Shown: piece after piece, positions 18,011 through 25,738 of the stretch | Numbering within the stretch: position 1 is the stretch's first letter | How the letters are laid out: every line of letters begins with the position of its first letter | Assembly: GCA_000503835.1 (NCBI GenBank) | Contig: CP006914.1 | Location: 239,341 to 303,340, forward strand | From: a candidate division WWE3 bacterium RAAC2_WWE3_1 | GTDB taxonomy: Bacteria; Patescibacteriota; WWE3; UBA101185; UBA10185 | Direction: 5' to 3' | DNA length: 64,000 nt | Notes under the pieces: generated by a model | What the model was told of the DNA's origin: nothing | The model's input: only the letters and a program-made list of their open reading frames with translations | Database searches by the model: none | Position numbers and translations under genes: made by a program

Positions 18011-18406
18011 TTAGTTGCTAGGGTTTTTGGGAATAAATAAGTTTAGTTCTTTAACAGGTGTAAAGTGTTTTGTGTCCATCGTCCAAAGAAGATTTTTGTT
18101 AATTATTGCGGTAGCCGCAATAAGTGCGTCCGCTATACCAAGCCTTGTTTTTAGCCCGTATTTAATTATAAGATTGAAGGCTAGGAGCGAGATCTCTTTA
18201 TTTATTTCAACAATATCCATGCTGTCGATAAAATTCAGGTTGATTCTTCTTTCTTTACGGTCTCTTGATCCCAGAACAATTTCGCAGGCCGCTATTCTCG
18301 AAATTTGTACCGAATCTATTTGTTTATGGAAAGTGGAAACAACCTTACTATTGTGTTTCTGCATCTCAATAAGTACGGAAGTATCGATGAGAGTTTTAAT
18401 CGCCAT
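18011..18406 (-). CDS. vapC: VapC/PIN-domain toxin
   Basis: LIDTSVLI, ISRIAACEI, IADALIAATA, LWTMDTKHF PIN motifs. Confidence 0.9.
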   Translation of the reverse strand: MAIKTLIDTSVLIEMQKHNSKVVSTFHKQIDSVQISRIAACEIVLGSRDRKERRINLNFIDSMDIVEINKEISLLAFNLIIKYGLKTRLGIADALIAATAIINKNLLWTMDTKHFTPVKELNLFIPKNPSN

Positions 18407-18689
18407 ACCAAGAGTCTTTTCTCAACTTTGCGGCTATTGTAGAGCTAGATTTGCCCTCCCAATCTTTTCTATTTTTGTACATGCCAATAAAGTCAGAAAT
18501 AGCGTCTCTTTTGTCTAGTGAGGATTTCTTAACACGTCTCTTTTTATACTCATACGTATCGGGGTCAATTATTACTACCTGTTCCTTTCCGTTTTTTGTA
18601 ATATAAATGGGATTGAGTTTAGACATCCCCAAATACATAGAAAGGTTGTGGTGAAAGTCTCTAAGACTCACGTGCTTAGTTTTTTTCAT
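18396..18689 (-). CDS. Phd/YefM-family antitoxin
   Basis: VSLRDFHHNLS..L and PIYITKNGKEQVVII; overlaps the PIN gene. Confidence 0.8.
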   Translation of the reverse strand: MKKTKHVSLRDFHHNLSMYLGMSKLNPIYITKNGKEQVVIIDPDTYEYKKRRVKKSSLDKRDAISDFIGMYKNRKDWEGKSSSTIAAKLRKDSWYGD

Positions 18690-18705
18690 ACTTTCAATAT
18701 ATCAA

Positions 18706-18738
18706 GTGTTTGACAATTTGTCTAACAAAAATGTCTAA
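18706..18738 (-). promoter_or_regulatory. Putative TA autoregulatory operator (TTAGACA direct repeats)
   Basis: Minus strand TTAGACA-TTTTTG-TTAGACA-AATTG-TCAAACA just upstream of TATATT and the ATG. Confidence 0.4.
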
Positions 18739-18796
18739 TTTTATTAGATTTCGGGTGATTAGGCTTATGGGTATTCCACGGGGAATTTTGACTCCG

Positions 18797-18873
18797 TCAA
18801 AGCAATTCCACTCGCTTCGCTCGCAGAATTGTTTATCTCAAAGCAATTCCACTCGCTTCGCTCGCAGAATTGT
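18797..18873. repeat. Two identical 36-bp direct repeats containing CTCGCTTCGCTCG, downstream of tRNA-Glu
   Basis: TCAAAGCAATTCCACTCGCTTCGCTCGCAGAATTGT at 18797-18832 and 18838-18873. Confidence 0.9.
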
Positions 18874-18960
18874 CGAACACAACTAAAGTTAGTGCGTTCC
18901 CGAGCGAGAATCACACGAACAGAACCTTCACCTCGCGTTGCTCGATGAAGAACCTGTTCA

Positions 18961-19035
18961 TGGTGACCCCACGGGGAATCGAACCCCGGTTGCCGGGATG
19001 AAAACCCGGCGTCCTAACCGTTAGACGATGGGGCC
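18961..19035 (-). tRNA. tRNA-Glu(TTC)
   Basis: GGCCCCA...CCGGG-TT-TTC-AT-CCCGG...GGTTCGATTCC...GGGGTCACCA cloverleaf. Confidence 0.95.
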
Positions 19036-19205
19036 AAGCGTCTGAAGTGGCTTGTGACCACTGTAACAACAAGGCACAACGGTATATTATCAACAAATCT
19101 ACCTATTTGGCAACAAAACGTCGTCCGTCCGGCGCCAATTTCGTTAAAATCTTGAACAACCCCAAACCGCCCTACCAATATAAAATAGTGGTAAAATAAG
19201 TCGAA

Positions 19206-20627
19206 ATGGCCATACTAACCACCATTTACCTATACATTTACACGTTTTTTGCCGCTCTTTTACCCGGTGTAAGTTACAACGAGGGGATGTTGGGGCAGCC
19301 TCAAACCTTTTTGCCGAGTCAGGTAGTACAGCAGACAGATAAGGCCGTAAGCTCCCTCCTTTATAGAGGCCTTTTTAAATACGATATATATGGTGCGACT
19401 GTCCCCGATTTGGCCGAAACCTGGCAGGTATCTGATGACGGTCTTGTTTATACCATAAGACTTAAAGACAACCAGCTTTGGACCAACGGCAGAAAAATAA
19501 ACTCTGACGACCTTATTTACACCTCGTTTAAGGTCACGGATTTGTCAGGTGTGGCAACAGATAAGGTGGATGATATGACCGTGCGATACACACTCCCAAA
19601 TAAATACTCCCCTTTTTTGAGCCTGTTAACCGTGGGTATAATGCCCCGGGATTCCGAGGAGAATAATGACCCTCTTCATCCCGTAACAAGCGGAGACTTC
19701 AGGGTCGCCAGAATTGAGAAATCAGGCAAATACATAAGACAAATCACACTCGTTTCACCCAACAACAAGTACGATATTCAAAAAATAAGCTTTAGATACT
19801 ACACGAATGAGGACGAAATTTTAACTGCGGCCAAGCTGGGCGAGATCAACGGCTATCTTTTTTCGGAAAAAAAAGCCCCGGAGAATTTTTATAATTACGA
19901 ATTCCCGGTGCAGGGTATTTATTACGCACTGTTTTTTAATATTAGAAACGAAAAGCTTTCGGATGTCGCTGTGAGACAGAAGTTGGAAAAGGTAATACCG
20001 CTGGAAAGCTTTACGGCAGGTCGGGGCATAAGGGTCCAGGGTCCTGTGAGCCGAAGTGTTTTTACTGACCTGGAGCTTGAATTTGACCGCTACGACCCTC
20101 TTTTTTCTGAGGATCTTGGCGATATGAGCCTGACAATAAGAGTCCCTGACATTGAAGAACATGTAATTATGGCTAAACAGATAGCTTCGGTTTGGAGGGA
20201 AAAGCTGGATATAGAAGTAAAGGTCGAGCCTATCGCCGCAAATGATATTGTTCCTAGAATTATAGAACCGCGGGATTTTGAGGTTTTGTTATTCGGGCAG
20301 GAAGTAGGTCGCGACCCCGACAGGTACGTGTTATGGCACTCCGCGCAAAAAAACCCTCCCGGATTGAATTTTTCAGGATTCGACCAGGTCAGGGCCGACA
20401 GAGCTTTGGAGGAAGGCAGGAATGAGTTAGATAATGAGAAAAGGATCGTTCACTACAATGAATTTCAAAAGGTTGTTGTGGATCAGGTTCCCGCAGTCTT
20501 TTTGTATCATCCGTTTACCAACTTTTACGTTTCAAAGTATATAGAGGGGGTGGGGGAGAAGTATACCTTTACCTACGCTGACAGGTTTCTGGATTTTGAG
20601 AATTGGAGGTATGTGAGGACGAATTAG
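19206..20627 (+). CDS. ABC transporter peptide-binding protein (OppA/DppA, SBP family 5)
   Basis: LLYRGL...PDLAETWQVSDDGLVYTIRL...W.NG.KI..DD signature; C-terminal QVPAVFLY. Confidence 0.9.
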   Translation: MAILTTIYLYIYTFFAALLPGVSYNEGMLGQPQTFLPSQVVQQTDKAVSSLLYRGLFKYDIYGATVPDLAETWQVSDDGLVYTIRLKDNQLWTNGRKINSDDLIYTSFKVTDLSGVATDKVDDMTVRYTLPNKYSPFLSLLTVGIMPRDSEENNDPLHPVTSGDFRVARIEKSGKYIRQITLVSPNNKYDIQKISFRYYTNEDEILTAAKLGEINGYLFSEKKAPENFYNYEFPVQGIYYALFFNIRNEKLSDVAVRQKLEKVIPLESFTAGRGIRVQGPVSRSVFTDLELEFDRYDPLFSEDLGDMSLTIRVPDIEEHVIMAKQIASVWREKLDIEVKVEPIAANDIVPRIIEPRDFEVLLFGQEVGRDPDRYVLWHSAQKNPPGLNFSGFDQVRADRALEEGRNELDNEKRIVHYNEFQKVVVDQVPAVFLYHPFTNFYVSKYIEGVGEKYTFTYADRFLDFENWRYVRTN

Positions 20628-20701
20628 AGTCGGCAGTTCTGAGTAAGGTGGGTTCTTTGGGGTTTTCTTGGGCGATGTTATAATCTTTTTGGTTGTATTG
20701 T

Positions 20702-20778
20702 GGTGGTGTGTGCCGAACGGCTTAGGCGCTGCCCTGTGGAGGCAGTTTTAGCGGGTTCGACTCCCGTACACCACCCCA
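20702..20778 (+). tRNA. tRNA-His(GTG)
   Basis: G-1 present; CTGCC-CT-GTG-GA-GGCAG anticodon arm; GGTTCGACTCC; ends ACCCCA. Confidence 0.95.
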
Positions 20779-20835
20779 TAAATTAAGGTTGTTACATCAA
20801 CATTTCTTCCTATACCCCTAATGTATAATTGAACC
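20773..20835 (+). repeat. att-like repeat 1 (core plus right arm)
   Basis: ACCCCA-N9-GTTG-N6-CAACAT...CCC.AA...TGAACC. Confidence 0.8.
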
Positions 20836-20860
20836 CACTTGTTACTGCTATACTATTTTT

Positions 20861-21445
20861 ATGAACAAAGACTTACTTATCATTGCAGACCAGCTTCAAA
20901 GAGATGCTTATTCTATAGTAGAAAAACTACAGTTAGAAAGTGTTTTAGGTGAACGCTTTGTAGTAAAAGTTGTGGGGAGTACTGTTTATAACCTTATGAC
21001 CTGGAGGGACTTGGATTTTGACCTTGTTACACCCGTTCTACCGGATAATAAAGTATATTTTACCTTAGTAGAATATTTATTTGCCTTGTCTGAAGTTAAA
21101 AAGGTTACTTTAGCGGATAACAGAAACCTGGAAGAACAGGATAGACCAAAAAGTATGTATATTGGACTTCAATATGTGGATTCAAAAAAAGAGATATGGA
21201 AACTGGATATACGTTTATTATCAAAAGAAGATGTTGTTACAGATAGAGTTGCAGATTTGATACAGGAAAAGTTAACTGAAAAGTTTAGGCACTACATTTT
21301 GGAAATTAAAACTCAAGTACATAATAATCCTAAGTATCATAAAAGTTTTTCAAGTGTTGATATCTATAATGCAGTACTTTCAAATAGTGTCAAAGATTTG
21401 GGAGGTTTTGAGTCTTATTTAAAAACATTGGGCAAATCTTTTTGA
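20861..21445 (+). CDS. Nucleotidyltransferase-fold hypothetical protein (cassette 1)
   Basis: VVGS..YNLMTWRDLDF motif (GS...DxD) and WKLDI. Confidence 0.75.
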   Translation: MNKDLLIIADQLQRDAYSIVEKLQLESVLGERFVVKVVGSTVYNLMTWRDLDFDLVTPVLPDNKVYFTLVEYLFALSEVKKVTLADNRNLEEQDRPKSMYIGLQYVDSKKEIWKLDIRLLSKEDVVTDRVADLIQEKLTEKFRHYILEIKTQVHNNPKYHKSFSSVDIYNAVLSNSVKDLGGFESYLKTLGKSF

Positions 21446-21462
21446 ATACTAATAGTTCTTTT

Positions 21463-21556
21463 ACTATTTGGTTCAAGTTAGCACCCATTACCGACCCCAT
21501 AAATTAAGGTTGGTATCACAACATAAATTCCAGTAACCCTAACGTAGTATTGAACC
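21463..21556 (+). repeat. att-like repeat 2 (left arm, core, right arm)
   Basis: ACTATTTGGTTCA...TTACCG-ACCCCA-TAAATTAAG-GTTGGTATCACAAC...TGAACC. Confidence 0.8.
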
Positions 21557-21598
21557 GTTGATTTAACTCAAAGGAAACTACTTATGTATAATAAGTGT

Positions 21599-22066
21599 AT
21601 GAAAATACGAAAAGCCACAAAAAAGGATATCCCAAAAATTAGAAGGGGATTGCTAGAATCGTGGCTGTCTCATGTGGACAATGAGCCAATGTACTATAAC
21701 CGCGACCGGGTAGAAAAATCAGACATTGATACTTATTATACTAACGCCATGGACAGTGTTGATTCTTTTGTTCTTATTATTGAAGAAAATGGAAAATTTA
21801 TTGGATTTGGAAAGGCTGATATACAAAAGATAGAACCTTGGTATAAGGAGCAAAAAGTTCTGTATATAGATGATATTTACATCGAAAAAGAATTCAGAAA
21901 AAAAGGCTGTGCCAAAACTCTTTTACAGGAGTTTGAGAAGATGGCAAAAACTAGGGATATAAAATGGATTAAAGCACGAGTGTATTCTTTTAATGAGCCG
22001 GCGAAAAAACTAAATGCCTCATTTGGGTTTTATCCTTTATATTCAGAGTATTTTAAGATTATTTAG
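21599..22066 (+). CDS. GNAT acetyltransferase (cassette 2)
   Basis: MKIRKATKKD start; LYIDDIYIEKEFRKKG.AK.LL; N..A..L...FGF. Confidence 0.9.
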   Translation: MKIRKATKKDIPKIRRGLLESWLSHVDNEPMYYNRDRVEKSDIDTYYTNAMDSVDSFVLIIEENGKFIGFGKADIQKIEPWYKEQKVLYIDDIYIEKEFRKKGCAKTLLQEFEKMAKTRDIKWIKARVYSFNEPAKKLNASFGFYPLYSEYFKII

Positions 22067-22134
22067 ATATCACTTTTTAAGATTAAGAATGCGAGAATGC
22101 CGGTTGTAACCTAAACAACAATGTTAATTCTTGC

Positions 22135-22228
22135 ACTATTTGGTTCATTTTATCGGTTATTACCAACCCCATTTTTCGATGTTGTTACTACAACATATTT
22201 CTCGTTACCCCCAATATTTAATCGAACC
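22135..22228 (+). repeat. att-like repeat 3 (left arm, core, right arm)
   Basis: ACTATTTGGTTCA...TTACCA-ACCCCA-TTTTTCGAT-GTTGTTACTACAAC...CGAACC. Confidence 0.8.
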
Positions 22229-22258
22229 AGTACACGCTCAACTGCTATAATTAAGTAT

Positions 22259-22909
22259 ATGAATAAAAAAGAGCAGTGGTGGGACACAAAGCACGATAGG
22301 TATGCTTCAGAGGACTGGATAAGCAAACCGACTATATTCGCTCGATGGGTAATAGCATATCTACCAAAAAACGGAAGGTTACTCGATGTCGCAGCGGGGC
22401 ATGGCCAAGACAGCGTGTATTTTGCTAGACAAGGGTTTTCGGTGATCGCTACCGACTTTTCTGAAAAAGCGATTCAATATATTAATAAAAACATTACCCC
22501 TGATATCAAAGGTAAGATTACTACACAAAAGGTAGATTTATCAAAGAAACTGCCTTTTGAAGATAATATGTTTGATATTGTATACGGGCATCTTGCCGTC
22601 CACTATTTTACTAACAAGATTACAGATAAGGTATTTAAGGAATTAAAAAGAATACTTAAACCCGGAGGAATAATTGCGTTATTAGTAAATTCTACAAAAG
22701 ATCCGGAGTATGAAACGGGAAGAAAAATCGAAGAGGATTACTTTGAATTATCACCGGGGGATTTTAAACATTTTTTCACTATTGATTATATGCGATTGAA
22801 ATCCAAAGGACTGGAAGAAGTTTTTATTGATGATAACGGCACTACTTATAAAGATAACGCAAAAGGCGTTTTTAACTTAATAAGGTATGTTGGTAAGAAA
22901 GTAAGCTAA
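22259..22909 (+). CDS. Class I SAM-dependent methyltransferase (cassette 3)
   Basis: LLDVAAGHG, ATDFSE, LPFEDNMFDIV, RILKPGG; start ATG 22259 after TATAAT. Confidence 0.9.
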   Translation: MNKKEQWWDTKHDRYASEDWISKPTIFARWVIAYLPKNGRLLDVAAGHGQDSVYFARQGFSVIATDFSEKAIQYINKNITPDIKGKITTQKVDLSKKLPFEDNMFDIVYGHLAVHYFTNKITDKVFKELKRILKPGGIIALLVNSTKDPEYETGRKIEEDYFELSPGDFKHFFTIDYMRLKSKGLEEVFIDDNGTTYKDNAKGVFNLIRYVGKKVS

Positions 22910-23116
22910 GTTAGTATATTTGTGATTCAATTATTTATACGATCTTCAGTTACGCTATCGTCCAAAAAACCAAAGCGTGAGGCACTTCACAGATTAACGT
23001 AGCCTCCTACTCACAATTATGATAATTTATTTAAGACCGTTTCTCTACAAACTAAAAATTTGTCAACTATTAGATTAACCCAACACCACCCCATTTAAAC
23101 CGCCTCACCTAAAATT

Positions 23117-23455
23117 CTAAAATAGCGCAGTAGTTCTAACTTTTCTCCTAACTTCCTTATAATTCGGAATGGTCCTTTCTACCTCCGCCCAGAATCTCTT
23201 AGAGTGATTGAACTCTATCAGGTGACAAAGTTCGTGAACGATCACGTAGTCTCTCTGGTCTTTAGGCAATAACGCAACCTTGTAGTTAAAATTCAAATTT
23301 CTAGCTTTTGAACAACTGCCCCACTTAGTTTTTTGATTTCTAATCGCAACTTTCCTGTATTTAACACCGTATAAATGGGCAAAAAATTCGAGGCATTCAA
23401 GTATGACTTTCCTGGCAACCGTCTTATTTTCAAGATAGTGTCTTTTCGAGCGCAT
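23117..23455 (-). CDS. YgjP/DUF45 (M48/SprT-like) metal-dependent hydrolase
   Basis: KWGSCS, DYVIVHELCHLIEFNHSKRFW. Confidence 0.9.
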   Translation of the reverse strand: MRSKRHYLENKTVARKVILECLEFFAHLYGVKYRKVAIRNQKTKWGSCSKARNLNFNYKVALLPKDQRDYVIVHELCHLIEFNHSKRFWAEVERTIPNYKEVRRKVRTTALF

Positions 23456-23614
23456 ATTTTAATAGTTTACCAAGAAGTGTCAGGATTAGTCCTGGATAAA
23501 TATAGGGCGTTAAAAGCTGCTTTGCAGGCTTGCTAGCCGTTTAACCTTTAAAGTAGTACAATGACAAAGCGGAAGGAGGTATAAATAGGTTTAACCCCCA
23601 ATCTATAAAAAACT

Positions 23615-23812
23615 ATGAACGGAACAATTAAAACTAAGACAGATAAAGGATTCGGATTCATTTCTCGTGACGGAGAAACCAAGGATCTTTTCTTTCACTC
23701 TAACAATCTAACAGGCGTTACATTTGACGAGCTTCAAGTCGGAGCAGCAGTTACATTTGATGTAGTCAACAGCGACAAAGGACCGAGAGCAGAAGACGTA
23801 CAGCTTGCTTAA
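23615..23812 (+). CDS. cspA: Cold-shock protein
   Basis: RNP1 KGFGFI, RNP2 DLFFH, KGPRA. Confidence 0.95.
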   Translation: MNGTIKTKTDKGFGFISRDGETKDLFFHSNNLTGVTFDELQVGAAVTFDVVNSDKGPRAEDVQLA

Positions 23813-23843
23813 TAGAGTCGATAATAAAAGGTAGAATTGCGAA

Positions 23844-23900
23844 AAAGAGAAACACATCCCCGTATTATAAATATTTAAAGGATGTGTTTTCTTTTTTTTA
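23844..23900 (+). terminator. Intrinsic terminator after csp
   Basis: GAGAAACACATCC/GGATGTGTTTTC stem followed by a T run. Confidence 0.65.
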
Positions 23901-24013
23901 AAAAACTCCTCGGTGAGCTCTCGCCATACAATTCTCAAATAGTTAACAAGTCCAGAAATAGTGGTATGATGGTCGCAATACTATAACCTGAAATACACGA
24001 AAAAGGAGAGAAA

Positions 24014-24274
24014 ATGTTCACAATCTTTGATATGGCTAGGATGCTCAAGGAAGCCACGGCCATGGCAGCCCGGCGGTCAGTAGTAAAACCGCTCCATGAG
24101 TGGATTTTGGAGAAGAAGAAATTTACATGTTGGGAAGCCGGGAAGGAGCACGACAGACTGGTGAAAGAAGGTTTTGAAGGGTTGTGTGTCGACTCTTCGC
24201 TAGAGGAGCTCCTTCGTACTTATGTTGAGATTGGTCTTTTAAGACTGGAGGGGGATGTTTACACGCTGGTGTGA
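24014..24274 (+). CDS. Small hypothetical protein (possible winged helix)
   Basis: SD AAGGAG; C-terminal LLRTYVEIGLLRLEGDVYTL helix-plus-wing pattern. Confidence 0.65.
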   Translation: MFTIFDMARMLKEATAMAARRSVVKPLHEWILEKKKFTCWEAGKEHDRLVKEGFEGLCVDSSLEELLRTYVEIGLLRLEGDVYTLV

Positions 24275-24289
24275 GAAATTGTTCGTATA

Positions 24290-24335
24290 CAGCACCTCGG
24301 GACTCATAGAAATATGAATCACGGGGTGTTTTTCT
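24290..24335. terminator. Stem-loop terminator
   Basis: GCACCTCG...CGGGGTGT with inner TCATA/TATGA, then a T run. Confidence 0.6.
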
Positions 24336-24407
24336 ATTTTGACTAATATTTCGTATGCCTGACCGTATTTAGTGAGGGCATGGTAGTCAAACCCCTTAAT
24401 AAGGAAA

Positions 24408-25658
24408 TTATCTGACAAAAGTCAAAGCAACGCCCTTTTTACCCATTCTTCCGGTTCTGCCTACACGGTGGATATAGTCTGTAAAAGTTGCCGGAGGATC
24501 GTAGTTAATAACGTGTGTGATATCGGGTACATCAATTCCTCTTGAGGCGACGTCCGTCGCTACCAATATGTCTATTTCATATCTCTTAAATTCATTTAAA
24601 ACTTTAGATCGCTGTCCTAACGATTTATTCCCGTGCAAAGCCCCTGATTTATGGCCTCTTTTTCTTAACTCCGAAGATATTTCCTCTGCCCCTCTTTTAG
24701 TTTTTGAAAACACCAGAACTCTTTTGAAATCAGCATTAATTAACAAGCCGTGCAATACTTCGATTTTGCTTTTGCTGGAATCTATTCTCACAATATCCTG
24801 GTCCACGTTTTTCACTGCTTCCTGTTTTTCAATCTCAACTTTGTAAGGGTTTCTCAATAAAGAGTTTGCGACCTCTTCTGATTTTTTTGATAGGGTAGCG
24901 GAGAAGAACAATGACTGTCTCGAATTATTTAATTTTGCAACAATCTTTTTAACATCATTAATAAATCCCATATCCAACATCTCATCTACCTCATCGAGAA
25001 TGATGTTATTAAAAGAACTTAAGTCTATTTGTTTTCTTTCGCACAAATCTAAAAGTCTCCCGGGGGTGGCAATTACGAAATGAGGATTTTTCTTAATAAG
25101 TCTTATTTGTTCCGAGTAGCTGGCGCCTCCCATAATAACGACATCTCTTAAGTGAGTTCCAGAAATGAGAAGGCTGTATTCGGTTCTGATTTGATTAATT
25201 AGTTCTCTGGTAGGAGCAATTATCAAACATTTCTGGCCCTGATTTTTCATAATCTTATTTATCATTGGTATTAGGTAGGCGGCTGTTTTTCCCGATCCCG
25301 TGCAGGCTACTCCCAGAACATCCTGTCCGCTCAATATTTGAGGTATTATTTCTGCCTGGATTTTGGTGGGATGCAGGTAAGACTTTTTAGAGATATTTTT
25401 TTGCAAAGATTGAACAAGTGTATAGTCGCTAAAGGTCATATTGGGAACGTACATTGACTCTGACTCGCCTTTGACAGCCTTAGAAACGAATAAGTCGGTG
25501 TTTAGATATGCTCCGGAATAGGGATTTCTTCTTTGAAATCTGCTTGCGCCTCCGAAACTACTGCCGGAATTGCTGTAATTACGAGCACTTCCGAACTTTC
25601 TTCGGCTACGGGCAAACCTCGAACTGCTATTACTATGTCCATAACTTTTAGTATGCAT
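24408..25658 (-). CDS. DEAD-box RNA helicase (RhlE-like)
   Basis: Q motif, TGSGKT, PTREL, TPGR, DEVD, SAT, HRVGRTGR. Confidence 0.95.
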   Translation of the reverse strand: MHTKSYGHSNSSSRFARSRRKFGSARNYSNSGSSFGGASRFQRRNPYSGAYLNTDLFVSKAVKGESESMYVPNMTFSDYTLVQSLQKNISKKSYLHPTKIQAEIIPQILSGQDVLGVACTGSGKTAAYLIPMINKIMKNQGQKCLIIAPTRELINQIRTEYSLLISGTHLRDVVIMGGASYSEQIRLIKKNPHFVIATPGRLLDLCERKQIDLSSFNNIILDEVDEMLDMGFINDVKKIVAKLNNSRQSLFFSATLSKKSEEVANSLLRNPYKVEIEKQEAVKNVDQDIVRIDSSKSKIEVLHGLLINADFKRVLVFSKTKRGAEEISSELRKRGHKSGALHGNKSLGQRSKVLNEFKRYEIDILVATDVASRGIDVPDITHVINYDPPATFTDYIHRVGRTGRMGKKGVALTFVR

Positions 25659-25738
25659 ATGTTTTTGGTGGGGAAAGAGAAAAAACGGGTTTATCTCAAT
25701 CAGACACAGCTAGAAGTATACCACGCAAGCCTTTATAT

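Larger units (their letters stand above)
20768..23094 (+). mobile_element. AT-rich tRNA-His-anchored island: tandem array of three single-gene cassettes, no integrase
   Basis: 12-bp ACACCACCCCAT at 20768 and 23083; internal att-like repeats at 21463-21556 and 22135-22228. Confidence 0.75.

Noticed and set aside
18797-18873. 36-bp direct repeats as a CRISPR array
   Set aside because: Only two copies, a 5-bp spacer and no cas genes in the window.
20773-22228. Cassette junctions as classical integron attC sites
   Set aside because: No RYYYAAC/GTTRRRY ends or long attC palindrome, and no intI; the core is the tRNA 3' end instead.
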